Assembly: GCA_009103225.1 (NCBI GenBank)
Contig: RHPI01001715.1
Span: forward strand, 1-64,000
DNA: 64,000 nt
Direction of reading: 5' to 3'
DNA from: Chlorokybus atmophyticus
Lineage: Eukaryota > Plantae > Mesostigma and Chlorokybus algae
A model generated the notes under the pieces. The model saw only the letters and a program-made list of their open reading frames with translations. It was not told where the DNA came from and did no database searches. The position numbers were made by a program, and so were the translations under genes. How positions within the stretch are numbered: the first letter of the stretch is position 1; each line of letters opens with the position of its first letter. Shown piece after piece: positions 1-12,669 of the stretch.

Positions 1-1153
1 CAATTATTCATGACCAAAACGTGTGAATATCCATTGCTTGTATTCAGGGCATTTGGCCTGAATAATCAGCAATCGTAACAGCGACGTCTGCAACCACGCA
101 AGTGGCGAGTTCACACATAAAACAGATGAGTATTCAGGGCAAATGCGCTGAATTTTCAGAAATTCGGGGGGTCCAGAATTACCGGTGGATGTTAGGCCGG
201 CGGTCGGTACAAACCGTACATGATAATATATACAAACACCCATCGTCAATCAGACTTGCATGCATCTGCTACACAGCCTCAGCCGCCATCGCTGGCGCTT
301 TCATTTGCCCAGCACTGCAAGCATTCCCGCCGTCCGCCCTGCCTAACCTGCCTGCGCTGGCTGCTGATGCTACGTCTTTCCATTGTCTTGCCCTGGGCTT
401 GCAAAGCCTGCGTCCTTACCCATACCGCGTGTTGCACAGGTGTGCTTTGCAAACTCGACACTACTTGCCCTTACCCGCCGTGCTGCCTCTGCCCCTCCCC
501 TCCCCTCCCCTCCGCCTTGCACCAACACTTAAATAGTGCACATAGGTTACTTAGTGCCCTTGCCCTTTTAGTTGAGCTGCCATTGCCCGTGTGCTTGCTG
601 GTGCTGCCTGTGCGTGCGTTGTGTCAACGTCTAGAAAGCATATGCATACTTACACGACCACCAGCATTTTACCCTCGTTCGATATCCTATATGTCGAGCG
701 TGGCGAACGAGTGTCGCGGCGACACGTAGGTCTCACTCGCTTCGCTCGTCGCGACATAAGCCGTGTCGCGGCCGAAACGAGTGCAAAATCATACTATTGA
801 ATGGGCCATGCGATATGGCCCTGCTAATCTTCACATCAATGCTCCTCCTCTAACACAGGTCGTCAGTGGAGAACTCTGAGTTTAAAATACGGCCTATGTC
901 GGTTGTAGATCGGACGGCTGCCATTAAATTTCGGACCAGACCAATTGATAAGTGCATGTGTAATTTCAAGTGCAAGGCAAAAAGCTCTGCGAGGACATCC
1001 CCGCATTGGCCGCCTTCACTGTGGCCGTTGTCGTCAACGCTTGGCCATGACAACTTGTCATGGACAAGCTGCCTGGTTACTGATGTTCGTGGGCCACTTC
1101 AATGCAGTTGAGACTAGAGGCTGAACACAAGGCGTTGTTGGGGAGGCGGGACA

Positions 1154-3908
1154 ATGGCGGGCGGCGGCGGCGGCGGCGGCGGCGCCTTGTTGCTGGCGTC
1201 GCCCTCCTTGGAATCCTGCTGTTTTAGTATCTCGCTGAGAGTCGCTGCCGCCCTCTCACAGCCGCAGCGTCGGCTGCAATGGCGAGGCCACAGTGGTTTG
1301 GCCACGGTGGGTGTGTCTCGCAGCCTCAAGCTGCGGCAACATAATCCAGCAGCGCTGATCAGTCATCGCCTGCGCTCTCAACGTGTGCTCATCACTTACG
1401 CCAAAGCGGAGGAGCGCACCGCAGCCGCCACAGCTGCGAACGCTGATCTGGTTGCATTCTGCTGCGAAGGACCGCTGCTGGCAAAGGTCAGTGCATGCCA
1501 GGTGCAAAACCTCCAATGCAGAAGCACAATACTGTCGATAATCCTTATTCTACACCTTTGAGGACGCTCCTGAACTCCACTTAGGTTGTTCACGTACAAC
1601 AACTTGCATCGTGTTGGCTGTCATTGTGTTGCTGTTTGTCAACTGCAGGTTGGGTTGAGCAAAGCGGATGTTGAGCGAGAGATCGGGACGTGGAAAAGCC
1701 TTGGCAGTCGATTGTGTGAGCAGCTGGGGTTTGACAAGGACGCGTTGAATGATGCACAGGTGCAATGCAAAACAACAGTGTGACGGGGCACATCGCTTCA
1801 CAAACATCTCAAGCATCCAAGTTGTAAGTATTGCACCTGTACCAAAGTTAAACTCTGTCACTGAATAGTGCTATCATACTGGCAGATGAGAAGAGTGTAC
1901 CAGTACTACCTCCCAGTTTTTCTGTGGGTGCAAAAGCAGCTTTGGAAGCACCGGTTGTCTTATGTCAATGGTGCAAGCACTGCCGGGCCAAACTCCGGTC
2001 CACCTCCCCCTCTCATGGTCAGCTCTGTTCTTCTTCTGTCCAGTTGTAATAACGAGATTGTTTTGGCACATTGTCTTAGACTGAAGCTGTGTGCATGTTG
2101 TGACAAGGTTGGAATCAGTGCACCGCAAGGGTGCGGCAAGACAACACTGGTCACCCAGCTGGAGGAACTCTTCAACTCCATCGGCTGGTACTGGCAAACA
2201 TTGCGCATGCGGTCTGGTATATGCTGCATACGCTGTCCGCACACAGTTGTTGACGCTGCAGTATTGTGAACATGCAAACACATGACCTTATTTTATCTGC
2301 ACCAACGCAGCCGTGCTGTGTCTGTATCAATTGACGACTTCTACCTAACAGCTACAGAGCAGGTACAGATCTCTGTTGGTACTCCCCTATCACCTGTTTG
2401 ATTCGTCGATTGCCATGTGTTCACATAGGCGGTCACTGATGGCATGCACTGCAGGCTAAGGTGGCAGAGACAAACCCGGGCAACAAGCTTCTCAAGGTAT
2501 GGTGGCTGTTGCAAAAGTACTTGGGGCACGCAACATAGTGCATGCAGCGCACAAGATTGACACATTTGCACTCGCGTGCATGCGCGCATGCACAATGAGA
2601 GAGCATGTCTGGTAATGTGTGCTGCAGGTTTGTATCGAGCATTCACCTATGTTGCAGTTGCGTTGAAACAATAAAATCCTACCACGATTCGTTGCGTTTG
2701 CCGAATGGGTGCCATGGTTTGGGAGCAAAGCCTGACTTGCGTAAGCAGCATGCAATCCAACTGTAGTGCATTGCAGTATCGCGGCAATGCTGGCTCGCAT
2801 GACTTGCGCCTAGGGATGGAGACACTGGCATCACTGCGTGCGCTTACAAGCCAAGGTGCGCTAACGTCACTTGCAGCATCTGTACACTTAAGGCCTCCAG
2901 ACTGAGACCAAAGCTGCTTGCTGCTGTTTGCAGTGGAACGCTTACCAGGCTGACTTGTACGCATTGCAGGCGCCACTACAAGGCTGCCTCGGTACGATAA
3001 GGTGCAGTTGTCAAGGTTGGGCCTTAGTAGTGATGTTTGACTTTGGTACCCGCTAGCCACACATGCATAACAGAAGTGCGTGCGTTGTGCAGTCTGTGAA
3101 TGGTGGACGCGGCGATCGTGCTCCCAAAGAGGCCTGGCCCGTTGTGACAGGCCCCGTAGAGGTACATAATTGCACTCGTTGTTCGTTCTAGCTTGGTACA
3201 AGTCAGTTACTCTCTGACAGTTACTTGACAGGTAGTTCTGTTTGAAGGTTGGATGCTCGGGTTCTCCCCCATTCCGTCGGCGGAAGTTGTAAAGGTTAAT
3301 TCTGAGGTGCGCTATATTGCTTGCTCGCCATGGTTACAAACTGCAACAGCAACTTGCCCGGTGGCTTGTGACCTTGCTAATTTTGCCGGTGCCTTCCAGC
3401 TGATGGCTGTTAACGCGGCACTGGGGGCATATGAAAACGCTTGGGATGTAATGGTCGATGCCTGGCTTGTCGTATGCGTGAAAGACCCTGAGTGGGTCTA
3501 CCGTTGGCGCCTACAGGTATTACACCTACTGCATGCACACTAGAAACCACTGGCCAGTTAAGTTGGCAGTTTCATGGCACAACACCAGGCTTAAACATGT
3601 TTCCTGTGGCATGACAAGTATCATCATGCTCAAATGCAGGCTGAGCACCAAATGAGAGCTGCAGGCAAAACTGGCATGACGGACGATCAGGTAAGTAATA
3701 ACAGTGTGCAGTGGTGAATGCAACGTCAAAAGTCTGCAACTTGTCAATGTCGGTACTCTGGACGTTGCAGGTGGCTGATTTCGTATCGCGGTTCATGCCT
3801 GCGTACCGCGCGTACCTGCCTGGACTGTACAAGCAAGGCCCGAAGACCTCACATGCCGAGCGGACTCTCAAGTTCAACATTGACGAGAACAGGAATCCCA
3901 TAACATGA
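1154..3908 (+). CDS. GLYK: D-glycerate 3-kinase, plastid-type, multi-exon
   Basis: Exons joined at GT..AG give a transit-peptide-like N-terminus, then DLVAFCCEGPLLAK, VYQYYLPVFLWV, P-loop VGISAPQGCGKTTLV (~2110), RAVSVSIDDFYLTATEQ, NPGNKLLK/YRGNAGSHDL, PRYDK, GRGDRA, VVLFEGWMLGF, WVYRWRLQ/AEHQMR and VADFVSRFMPAYRAYLPGLY...DENRNPIT* (TGA 3906-3908), collinear with plant GLYK as I recall it. Confidence 0.93.
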
Positions 3909-4573
3909 TCGCGATTGCATTAGCAAATGGTCAACTCTGTGCCAGTCTCTTCCAGACTATGCCAGCCATGCTTCTGTGTTGGGTAGCAATCACGATGCAT
4001 TTTTGGGTCCATCTGGCAGCTGTTTGGAGCACCACGAAGGATAATTCACAACTACTTTAGCTATACATAGCTACGTACACAGTGTCTGGAAAGTTGTTGT
4101 ACAAATACTGCAGCAGCACAAATTACGTGCGCTGTGTGATGGCACGCGACACACAACATTACCTCCATACACTGTCCGCGTCTTTGCCTCAGCAGTGCAA
4201 GTTGCAAACCCCACCTGGCCCCACCAACTCTATCTTCCAGCGCATGAACAGCACTGCTTTGGACTGGACTCCTCTGGAAGCCGTTGTGTCAGCAGCTGCT
4301 CGCTGCATCTGCATCAACCGGGCATGCCTTTTCATTCCTGTGCTCGAGTAGGGTAGAGGTGCCCTATTCGGCCACTCGCCCTAATTTGGCCACTCGGCAG
4401 TTTCTTGATGATATCTGCCTGACCCTTAGTCCAATCGCGGCCAAACTTTGTAGATAATTAGTACATACCGTGATACACCTCCAAACCAAGTTTCGCGTCC
4501 AACGGACATATGTGGCGCGAGATTTGAAATTTTGAATAGGGTTAGCAGCTACCTTCACGCGGGCTCATACACA

Positions 4574-4890
4574 CTATGAACTTTGTGATCTTGTAACTTC
4601 TGCAAATGAATACCAGATTGTATTCGGTCGTTTGCAGTGTTTTCCTACTGGTATAGAGAACTAATTTCCCAAGTTTCATGAAAAACAGTTGCAAAAGTTA
4701 GGTGTGCCACTCATGATCGATGCGCAAAGGGTAGCGTGAGTGCCTATAAACTTTGTGATTTCGTAACTTTTGCAAATGAATACCAAATTGTATGGGGTAT
4801 TTTGCAGTGTGTTTCTGTTGCTATAGAGAACTGATTTGCAAAGTCTCGTGACATTTGAAAAACAATTGCAAAAGTTAGCGGTGACACTTT
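4574..4890. repeat. Two-copy diverged direct repeat (~169-bp period) inside the pogo element
   Basis: CTAT(G/A)AACTTTGTGAT...GCAAATGAATACCA...TATAGAGAACT...TTGCAAAAGTTAG occurs from ~4574 and again from ~4743. Confidence 0.8.
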
Positions 4891-5288
4891 TTGGGTGATG
4901 CGTTAAGGTTTGTGTGAGTTGCGCAAAGTGTGTAATGTGGCATAGAGCGGAGGGGCAAACGCGCGAGCTGCTTTGTTGTTGCTGCTTTGTGAGTGCTGTG
5001 TAGGAGTTGTGGCTGCTGTGGTTGCACTGGGGGGGAGGGGGTAGGTAAGGTTGGGGGGGAGAGGGGGAGTGGCATACACGTGAGGGTGTGAGGCAGAGTT
5101 GAGGCCAGGTTTGCAATTGCATTGCAAGGGCTAGCTGCTGTGTTTGGTTGCTGCTGCCACCTTCTATCTCTGCTACACAAGGCTATGGTCATCACGAGCA
5201 CTAGGGTGAGTGGCTTGTTGGTTGCCCAACGTTGTGTCATCACTGCAGCATTGCTGCTCAGACCACCCAAGTTGAAGCATGTTGACTG

Positions 5289-7393
5289 ATGCCCATTGCA
5301 ACGCAGAGAAAAGAGTGAAAGTCAAGCCCCACACTCAAAGTGAAGCAAGGGCTACAAGAACTACGACGCCAGCATGGAGGACATCCACAGATCAGTGCTG
5401 GCCATCAAGCAGGGCTGTATGAGCGTCAATGAAGCACCGACTAACCTTGGCATCCCAAGGAGTTCCCTGAGACGCTACTGTGACAATCTCCACCTGCTTG
5501 ACAATTATAGGTGAGTGCTAGGTGCTTGGCATGCAATGCAACACTGTAACACATGCAAGCAACTGAATGCATGCTATGCAGGGGTGCTGATCATGCACTC
5601 TGTTTGATGAGGATGAGGAGAAGGACTTGGCTCAGTTTGTTATCAACCGTGACAAGTGTGGCAGAGGGGTCACGTGGACAGAGATTTGCATCGAGGCAGG
5701 GAAGAGGTTGGCAGGTGATGCACGTGCACCAATGTGTAAGAGAGGCATACGTGGCAAGAAGTGGTGACAAGGCTTCAAGAAGCGTAACAACCTCACCTCC
5801 CGCAAGGCTGAGGCATTGGACAAGCAAAGAAGATGTGCATTGAAGAGGGATGTGATCTACCATTACTTTAACTTCTTGGAGAAGGTTGTTGCAGAGTTGA
5901 GTGTTGGCCCGGAGAGAACAATTTCTGCCAACGAGGTGGGAGTGGAGCCAAACACAGCTGCTGCCAACCAGAGGGTAATCTGTGAAATGTAAGCACACTG
6001 TTGGTTCATACTTGCAGCGATGAATGCCATGCACAAAGCTGAGTCGCTTACACAGTTTTCTGCATGCAGTTGTGCACATTGGGCACAATGTGCTAATACC
6101 GGAAGTAAAGAGCACATTACGTTGATGGCAGTTTTGTGGTGGGGGCTACACCTTCCCTCCCTTGGTCATCATAAAGGGCAAACGCATGAATCAAGACTGT
6201 AAGGAATTCAGAGTACCTGGGGCGAGGTTTGCTGTGCAAGAGAACGCTTGCATGACCACTAAAATTTTTTAAGATGTGGATTAAATTGCTGGTCAAGTAC
6301 ATTCCACAAGGTGTGAGCCCTGAGAACCCTGCACTCCTAGGTGTGGCCGGCCATTATGGTCGCTACAACAGCAGCATGATTAAGTTTGCACAGCAACAAG
6401 GCCTGCACATCCTGATACTCCCACCCCATACCACCCATCGCCTGCAAGTCTTGGACGTTAGTTGTTTCCACCCTTTTAAAGAAGTCTACCGTAAAGTCTA
6501 CAGAGAGAGGTAAGACCTACAACCAGAACCTGACGAGAGGAGAGTTCCTGTCGCTGCTGGTTAGGCCCTAGCTTGAAGGTCTCACACCTGCAAACATCTT
6601 AGGAGGCTTTCGGGCTTGTGGTCTCTAGCCATTAGACAGGATTATGCTAGATAAGTACTTCACTCCCGAGGACAACACCATATTCAGCTCCATGCATGAG
6701 CTGCTGAATGCCATTGACCTAGAGGAGGCAGCTCCACAAACAGAGTCAGCACCAGGAGAGGAGCAAGGCAATGCAAGCACATCAGCTCCATAAGCAAGCA
6801 AGACCAAAAAGACAAGAAGCGCACACGAGGCATCGCCTTCGCTCATCTACTGACAAGCCGAGAGTTTGCAACACAACTGGCACAGAAGGACGCTGCAGCT
6901 TAGGAAGCAGCAGCTGCAGCACAGGCACTCAAGGCAGCAACAAAGTTGAAGCAACAAGAGGCAGCAGCACTAGCAGCTGAGAAGGCGACAGCAAAAGTGT
7001 TGAAGAAACAAGAGGCAGCAGCAAAAGCAACTGAGAAAGCAGCAGCAATAGAGTTGAAGAGGAAGCAAGCAGCACTGAAACGCGTGCAAAAGAGTGCAAA
7101 AGACAACAAGAAGCAAGCGGAGATGCAAGCACAAGAGAGAGAAGAGCAAGAGGTCCGCGAGGCAGAGGAGGCACATGCTGACCTCACAGCAGAGCAGAGG
7201 GCGAGAACAGCTCAGGAGGCGGATGCGCTGCTCAGGCGCTACGAGTGGAAAACCCTGCTGTGCAACAACCAGCTGGGGGTCCCACTGTAAAACTGGGCTG
7301 AAGACTTTGAGAAGAGAATGGTGGCGCCAAGGCCATACTTGGTTGAGGCAGCTAGAGAAGCGGGTGCACACTGGTAAGCCAGGCAGAGCGTAA
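5289..7393 (+). pseudogene. pogo-type DDE_1 transposase remnant with psq-like HTH and K/A/E-rich tail
   Basis: EDIHRSVLAIKQGCMSVNEAPTNLGIPRSSLRRY (HTH-like, ~5380-5480); HILILPPHTTHRLQVLDVSCFHPFKEVYRK (DDE_1 signature, ~6400-6495); many frameshifts and stops; charged coiled-coil ORF 6946-7290. Confidence 0.82.
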
Positions 7394-8151
7394 GAAGGCA
7401 GCATTAGGCATGTAGCATAGCTTGAGGCAGCGTTAAGCATGCACATGTACATAATCTATTCCAACACTTTGCCTACACAGCATGCAACCCCACACACACA
7501 TGCATGCATTATCTGCTTGTCGCCGCCCGCAACCTTGCAATAAACAACTGCTGTTGGCGGGCTGCTATGGCGGCAAGCTCCCGCCAAGATTGACTAGCTA
7601 TCATGCGGCTGACTCAGCCCATTTCGGAAATGGGCTGCATAGCTGCCTGTCAGCGCCGCACATAATCGCCTGCATCCCACCCGCCTGATGCCCGCCAACA
7701 CCACATGTCAAGCAATGCTTGTCGCGCTGACACAGGCGTTTTGAAGTGGCCAAATTAGGGCACGCGAACTTTTCCAGAAACAGCCTATCACCCCCTACTT
7801 TGGCACGCCATAGCACACGCATCACTTAACCAAAAATTAATATAACAGTATACACATGTAGCCTAGGTCTTAAGGAACAAGAAACATATATATTTCACCG
7901 CCATACAACCAACACAGCGCCCACACGCAGCTTAATACCTTAAAAATGCGCCAAATAGGGCAACTCTACCCTTCTCCCAATGCAGAGGTGCGACTCGATG
8001 ATGTTAGCGTTGCAGCTTTGAGCCATAGGTTCGTGTACGTATCGAGCGCCTGTCTAGCACGATGTGCAGTAACCTTGATTGCGCTTCCGAGGGCAACACA
8101 ACGACTTGTGCCACGTAGACTACGGCTGCTAGCGAGTTGAGGGTGCAAAAT

Positions 8152-8251
8152 GTCGACTGTCGGTACATGCGCACACGCGGTGGACGGCAATGTGCGCTGC
8201 CGGGCACCGCGATACGAACTGCCCCCGCGTGTGCATGTACCGACGGTCGAC
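8152..8251. repeat. ~27-bp-arm inverted repeat (hairpin), ~44-nt loop
   Basis: GTCGACTGTCGGTACATGCGCACACGCGG ... CCGCGTGTGCATGTACCGACGGTCGAC; one mismatch and a 2-nt bulge. Confidence 0.85.
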
Positions 8252-9659
8252 GCGAAGTGCAACGCCTACAAAATGGTGATGGTTGACAGCCTAACATCAT
8301 GGGTCCAAAATAACTTTAGAGAAGACGTGAGTCCGGAGCGCCAGCAACGCATGTTGTTGAGAGCGTACGTCAGTCCCGGCGACAGTATCGTCGTCGGCGG
8401 CGGTGGCGGCGGCGGTGCAGGCATGCTCGCAACTTCGGGGCATTGAGCTTCGTGGAGCACAGCGTATGTATTGAAGCTTCCTGCGTAAGAGGCATGCCAT
8501 GCCATTGCTGTTGTGCGTGTGATGAAGCGCCGGCCGGCCAGCGCAGTGCATGTCACTGTATTTTACAAGAGCACAGCAAGAGCTTGGGCACATGCATGCG
8601 CTGCACAACTAGGTGTCGTCAAGAGTGTTTGCGTATATTGAGTTTATGTTATGTTTGCGCAGTCACAACGGTGCAATGAATCAAGGTGTGCAAGCAGCAC
8701 AAGCAGCTAGCTTATAGTCACAAAAAGCGGCAGCGGATTCTGCTGGTTGCATATGTGGAAACCCCAGCTAGTTATACATGCAGCTTGTGGTGCGTATCAA
8801 GATGAGTGAAACATAACGAGTTGATCAACAGCACAAGGGCCCTGTAATGTGTTGCTTATTGTTTAGGCCAACACGCCATGCAAACTGCTTTAGTGTCCAT
8901 GTAATACTTCCTCTATGGAACATGCCAGCAAGCTGCTGCATGTTGCAATAAGCAACAGCTTGCTGGCGTCTTTGATAGCGGGAATTGTCGCTAAGGCTTC
9001 TAATTGTGAAGGAGCAGCTAGACTTAGTCTCTAGTAGAGCTTGCAGCTAACCCATCCTGACTTGCAGCTATACTTACCAAAGCTGCTACAGCAGCTTATG
9101 AAGCTGGTTGTGGAGTCGGGACATGCGTGCTTACTTCGCCAACTGCGCAGCGCGGTAATGATGATGGATGACAAGGCCGCGAGCACTCAAGTCGACTGAG
9201 CCCGCTGCCAGTGATAATTCTGACTTCTACCATGCGGTTGACATGGCTTGCTCCGAGCAAGCCAGCACGTCCGGCAGCGGCCACATGGACGATGCGCAAG
9301 ATGACCTTAAAAGGCCCGGCTTTGTTGTTGGAGGCATCGCGTCAAGACTCACGCATGGCGCAACCCCAACAGCAGGATCTGCCACACAAGCACCTGGACA
9401 CGCGTACAATGCCATTGCAATATTTGCACGGCATCGTGCGGTCTGAGCCCAGTTTGCTGCATGCTGGCGAGGTGGTTTCGCCTGCGCTAGTGAGGTTAGC
9501 ACACTCACAAAGCGCATACTACGGGCATCGAGACTCCTTGCTGCATGCAAAAAGTCTGCCCACCACTTCGAGCGCTGCCAAGGTAGTGTTGCATGTACAG
9601 TTGCAATTGTCGATGTTTTTAACTTGCTGCATGCTGTGCGCAATGTTAGCTAGTAAGTC

Positions 9660-9850
9660 CAGCCTCTGTACAGTTATCCTTGCAAAGCTAGGCACAAACT
9701 CAGCAACCGCTCAGCAGAGTCTTAAGAAGTGCTCGCAATCAATTATCTGCGCACAAACATCAGGTCCTAAGACCACAGCAGAAAGGAAGCGTGGGACATT
9801 AAGCCCAATGCTTCGGCTGATTCCTCGAGTGATCAAGCGACAGAGCACTG
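9660..9850. repeat. Diverged dispersed repeat, inverted homolog of 30352-30570
   Basis: Blocks GCTAGGCACAAACTCAGCAA, GCGTGGGACATTAAGCCCAATGC and GAGTGATCAAGCGACAGAGCA align with the reverse complement of 30352-30570. Confidence 0.7.
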
Positions 9851-12669
9851 TTATCAGCCACGTATCAAGCTGCAGGTTTTCACACAGACAATATAAGCTT
9901 TGCACGTTGCATGCTTATGGACTGGTATCATGTTGTGAGGTGCATGAAAACATTTCGGACATAAGCACCCACAAATCAAGGGCGTGGTTGGGCCTGAACA
10001 ACTTGCTGTTGACACAACTACTGACATGGCCATGCGCAGAGGGTGGTGGACTGTCTTGGACTTGTGCTTCTGTTCTCCGTGGCTGCGGGCGTGGTGTTTG
10101 CAGCAATTGCAGTAACCTTTATCTTATGCGTTTTGGAATTTCATAATGGTCGCGTTCCCCAAGGTGCAAATGTCATCCCTGAAGTCTGGCGGGGGATATT
10201 GTGGCGCTCATGCTGGTTTCGTATTCTGTTTGAGTTTACCGGCTCGAGCGCAAGGACAGGCCTTGTGCTCAAGTAAAGCTTGGTGTGTGGTGACTGCAGT
10301 GCATGTCAAAACATGGTGTGCTGTCCGTTTAATAAACATTCAATCTCATGACTGAAGACTCACGCGTAATAATTGGTCATCCTTGGCTTTTCACCGAACA
10401 AGTCAATACGTTATGTGTTGGGTTGCTGCTCATGTGGCTAATACACGGAAATGATTACTTTGGTTGATGGCGAGTATTGTCATTTGTGAAGACCTCAGGC
10501 CATGGGCATTATTGACCTCCCAGCCTCAATCATCATTGTGAAGTGATTGGTGTGAGTCGGGCGCCAGCAACACGCTTGAACGCGTGGATAACCCGGTGTG
10601 TATAGCGGACTACTACTTTTACTAGCAAGTTGACGTTGTCCAGCACATTCTTCAGCCCGGCTTGTCTGGCCAATTGTACGGGTATTATCCAACTACAATA
10701 TTGGCACGCAAGACGGCTAACATCGCTTCATATTGCTTTGTAGACCTTGACAGTTTTTCACGTCGCCTTTTCTATCCCCTTGAATTTAATGTTAGTGCTT
10801 GCTCGCGTTGGAGTTAGATGCATTCAATCGTTGAGCATCCTTGTTGCGGATCCTCGTTTCTGCCTCATACTACAGTACTGTACGTGTGGTGCTGAGTATT
10901 GCATTCGCATTCGGCGTCCATTTTCATTATATAATTTATGCCCGCAGTGAGAGTTCTTGCTTCTAGGTAGGTGGATAGGAGCATCAGTAGTTTTATATCG
11001 TTTGATACGTGCATTTTGTAAAGGCTGTTCAACACTAGCACTTCAAAATGCATACTTTCTGTCAGCATTGTGACGACGTCACCAAGGCTGACCGACTCAT
11101 ATCTGCGATGAAAATTAAGCACAAACGTTGCCGTGTATTTTCTATTAGCGTGCTTTGTTGTCCTTGCGTGTGTGTTGTGTGCATTATCCAGATTGCTCTT
11201 TGCATATGGGACTGCGCTAACAAGGGTTGTGCCATGTAGAAAGATGCAACCATGGGCCAATTGTAATTATATTAATATGTTGACGGTCGCTTTGTGTAGG
11301 GAAGCAAAGCTAATTGGGGTATATGTATATGGATTGAACGAATGAAGTCATTGTCAATTGTCCACATGATATATATATGATGCACACACAGAGTCCTGTA
11401 TGATAATGTTTGAGTTCAATGTCTGATGCGGTGTTGTTTGCAATGCGCATGCTATTGACGACATGTATGCACAAAAAAAATAACTTGAAGACGCAATCTT
11501 GGCATGGTTGATTGTGTGATGCATTGTTGATAGATTTTCATAAAAGCAATATACATAATCATATACGAATTGATTGCATGTTCATTGCAATTGATGCATT
11601 TAGCATAATGACATTGCTGTGTCGCATTCTGCCCTGACACCCGTGCTATGAACATTTTAGTCATGCCAATAATGAAAGTAAGCTTAAAAGGTCACGGGTT
11701 CACATACTAGTGCCACATGAGACTAGAATACCGGTAGCAGGTATGTAGCTTGTGCAATGCTTCATGCACATGTCAGTTTCGATTACATTGTGCGTGCAGA
11801 TTGGTTGATCTGTAAAACGTCACCAGTCAGGAAAACACGAGATGCTAGGGTGTTAAGTGACTTAACTTAACGCCGGTAAGTCCTCCGCTTGTCACGCGTA
11901 AACTTCCCGCCAGCTTTCGAACTCCAATTATTCAGCGTCCTTTCAAATGTCCACGACGCTGCGTGGCGTGTTGCAGAACCCGCTGGGCCTGTGCCACTAC
12001 TTTCGACAGTCTGTTCGACATTCCGAAAAGCACGGTTCTGAGAGTTGTAGTACGGCGGTGACACACTGAGATTGAGAGTGTCTCTGTGTCGCGCACTGCA
12101 GTTAGGGCTAAAGGTCGCAGTTGGGCAGCTGTACGACATTGAGAATTTTCCGGAGATAGGAGACCTTCCCCATACGTATCCCGCTGACTCGAGTAGCCAT
12201 TAGCATGGTAGTGGCTCACACGCCACGCGGCGTATCACGCGAATAAAGTTCACATGAATTTCACGCGTGGCATGCCTCCCGTATCCCCCGGCTAACCCTA
12301 GGCTGGTACTTTAGTCGAACTGAAGAGACCGCAGCTCCTCATGTCACATGAGCCATGTGGCACATGATGGGCCCTTGCCGGAGAGCCGCGGCTTTTTGAG
12401 GCCTTTGTGCCAGCGAGCTCAGGGGTGGTTCGTTGTTGTCGGGTATAGACGTAGCTAGGAACCCTGGCGGTGGCGGCGGTGACGGCAAGGGCGTTGAGGG
12501 CGAGGGCAGCGGCGTGAGCAGCAGCGTGGGCAAGCGAGGCTGCCGGTGCCGGTGGGCTACGGCTCAAGTGTCACGCCAGTTAGTGGCTAGGGTTTGCCAG
12601 TTGGAGATCTGCGGATTTCCGAGGGGTTGACGGGTGCGCTTCCCCCTGTGAGGTCGCCTGGCTCTGGTT

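Larger units (their letters stand above)
4351..7971 (+). mobile_element. pogo/Fot1-like (Tc1-mariner) DNA transposon, decayed
   Basis: 22-bp TIRs 4351-4372 (GGGTAGAGGTGCCCTATTCGGC) and 7950-7971 match at 20/22; TA precedes the left end (right flank is TT); subterminal motif GCCCTAATTTGGCCACT at 4378-4394 is inverted at 7745-7761; transposase remnant inside. Confidence 0.85.

Noticed and set aside
1-187. Possible end of a CMC-type element (24-bp direct repeat at 40 and 130; ..GAATTACCGGTG reading CACCGGTA inward)
   Set aside because: No partner end or coding evidence in the window; the motif is short enough to be chance.
6900-7452. Cys/Leu-rich minus-strand ORFs and many similar short track ORFs
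   Set aside because: Antisense shadows of low-complexity coding or TG/CA-rich decayed TE sequence.
8274-10950. Possible host gene (ORF 9168-9446; hydrophobic segments near 10050-10140, 10400 and 10750)
   Set aside because: Could not build a consistent spliced frame or recognise any family; part overlaps a dispersed repeat.
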